Positions 25,102 to 26,347 of a stretch of DNA of 26,347 nt are shown here, piece after piece; position 1 is the first letter of the stretch, and each line of letters begins with the position of its first letter. The position numbers and the translations under genes were made by a program. Source of the DNA: a virus (lineage: Duplodnaviria > Heunggongvirae > Uroviricota > Caudoviricetes); the IMG/VR virus record IMGVR_UViG_2832576359_000003, positions 1-26,347 of that record. One strand, written 5' to 3'. A model generated the notes under the pieces. The model did no database searches, was not told the DNA's origin, and saw nothing but the letters and a program-made list of their open reading frames with translations.

Positions 25102-26347
25102 ATGGTCTCCTCCCTGTCTTCGATCACATCGTCCGTCTCGTCAGTCTCGTCGACGCTGTCGTCGTTGTCTGGCGCGCTGTCCAACCTGAGCCCGCCATCG
25201 AGCCAAAAGCCGGGCGATCGGCCCGTGCTGTTTGCTCTCATCGACGGTACGACAACCGGCTCGTCGGCAAGCTCGAGCGGCGGCTCGGATAGCTCGTCCG
25301 CACAGACGCAGTCGATCACGTTGAATATCCGTCCGGAGGAAATTACGCGAAGCGCGCCGTCGCGCGCCGTCGTGCAGCAGACGTTCGGGGGCGCCTGGGT
25401 CGACGATTGGGGCACCGGGCTGACCCAGGTGAACATCTCGGGCACGACGGGGTGGCGAGGCGTGCAAGGCTCCGACGGCATCGACCTGTATATCGCGCTC
25501 AAGGGGATGGTGTGGAACAGCTTCTATCGGAAGCGGAACGACGCCCGAAAAAACGGGCAGGACCCCAATCTGGTTGTCCTGAAATTCGTCGACGCGCTCG
25601 ACAGCACAGTTCTAAGCGTCATTCCGACGCAATTCACGATCCGTCGCTCGAAGTCGCGTCCGCTGCTGATCCAATACAACATCTCGATGATCGCGCTCGC
25701 GCCAACGACGTACACGCCTGCGTCGAGCAGCGGCGTCTCCGGATTGCTCTCTGGGCTGCTGAGCGCGGCGGGGCTCACGTCGATCGCATCCGCCCTCAGC
25801 ACGATTACGTCGGCGATTTCCACCGCGGTGTCGTTCGTCGAAAACGACATCATTGGTCCCGTGACGGCGCTGTTGAGCACGGCGGCCGCGGTGATCGGCG
25901 TCGTCGTGTCGGCTGTTGCAGCGGGCGTCGCGGTGGTGTCTTCGGTACTGAGCATCGCCACGCTCGTGGCCCAAACCGGCGCGCAGATTATGCAGACGCT
26001 GGCGACGGCGGACGGCCTTTCGAATAGCACGATGTCGTCGCTCGTGACGACCGGTGGGGCTTTCACGAACTGCTATTGCTTGCTCTCCAACACGGCGAGT
26101 TCCGGTTACACCTATCCCGATTATTCGTCGATCGACGGTGCATCGAATTGCTCGTCGACGGCGGGCGGCTCGCCCTCGAGCACGTACACGATTGATGGCA
26201 CGAACCCGTTCGACGACATCGTCGGGACGACGGCTGCGCCACCGGTCCAGATCAGCGCGGCGGCAACGAACGCGCTCCAGCAAATCGTTCTCGCCGATCC
26301 AGTCCTGTCTCCTCTGACAAAGACCCAGATTTCCTCTCTGCTGACGA
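25102..26347 (+). CDS. Baseplate core / tube-initiator-like protein, truncated by the window end (at least 415 aa); not in the ORF track
   Basis: I translated an open frame from ATG 25102 to the window end. NIRPEEITRSAPSRAVVQQTFGGAWVDDWG...ISGTTGW and FTIRRSKSRPLLIQYNISM resemble the K/SPO1-like baseplate protein. Confidence 0.85.
   Translation, partial: MVSSLSSITSSVSSVSSTLSSLSGALSNLSPPSSQKPGDRPVLFALIDGTTTGSSASSSGGSDSSSAQTQSITLNIRPEEITRSAPSRAVVQQTFGGAWVDDWGTGLTQVNISGTTGWRGVQGSDGIDLYIALKGMVWNSFYRKRNDARKNGQDPNLVVLKFVDALDSTVLSVIPTQFTIRRSKSRPLLIQYNISMIALAPTTYTPASSSGVSGLLSGLLSAAGLTSIASALSTITSAISTAVSFVENDIIGPVTALLSTAAAVIGVVVSAVAAGVAVVSSVLSIATLVAQTGAQIMQTLATADGLSNSTMSSLVTTGGAFTNCYCLLSNTASSGYTYPDYSSIDGASNCSSTAGGSPSSTYTIDGTNPFDDIVGTTAAPPVQISAAATNALQQIVLADPVLSPLTKTQISSLLT

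Noticed and set aside
8504-25102. N4-style hairpin promoters
   Set aside because: Small stems over the -10 occur at 8508 and 25088 but not consistently at the other sites. The linear motif explains all eight.
5220-26347. Headless contractile injection system, tailocin or T6SS
   Set aside because: Portal, protease, scaffold and major capsid genes are present and intact, so this is a phage virion module.
1-26347. CRISPR array, tRNA, rRNA, IS element, intron or intein
   Set aside because: I saw no regularly spaced repeats, cloverleaf, transposase or homing-endonuclease motifs, and the structural genes appear uninterrupted. Covariance-model searches would be needed to exclude small RNAs.

Overview
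This is a GC-rich (roughly mid-60s %, judged by eye) segment of a tailed dsDNA phage or prophage genome. The left part (1-5069, minus strand) is a tightly packed accessory operon of small hypothetical genes, several Cys-rich proteins, an AT-hook/H1-like basic protein and an RtcB RNA ligase. The right part (5220-end) is a near-complete contractile-tail virion module: portal, small basic protein, Mu-F/gp7-like head protein, 73-aa protein, prohead protease, scaffold, major capsid, neck proteins, tail terminator, sheath, tube, tail chaperone, tape measure with lytic transglycosylase, hub, spike and a truncated baseplate gene. Its motifs and gene order resemble SPO1/Twort/K-like (Herelleviridae-type) phages, which infect low-GC Firmicutes. 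The main unannotated structure is a recurring element TCGTGA(C/T)-N2-nAnnnT at eight positions upstream of late genes. In four cases the ATG lies 7-8 nt after the final T with no Shine-Dalgarno, which points to a phage-specific late promoter with leaderless mRNAs. Also notable are one neck gene flipped in place with back-to-back copies of this element, a +1 frameshift (TCC TTT CGA) in the tail chaperone, a copy of the capsid N-terminal motif inside the protease, and an antisense secreted SPOR-domain gene among the baseplate genes. All family assignments come from motif recognition, not database searches.
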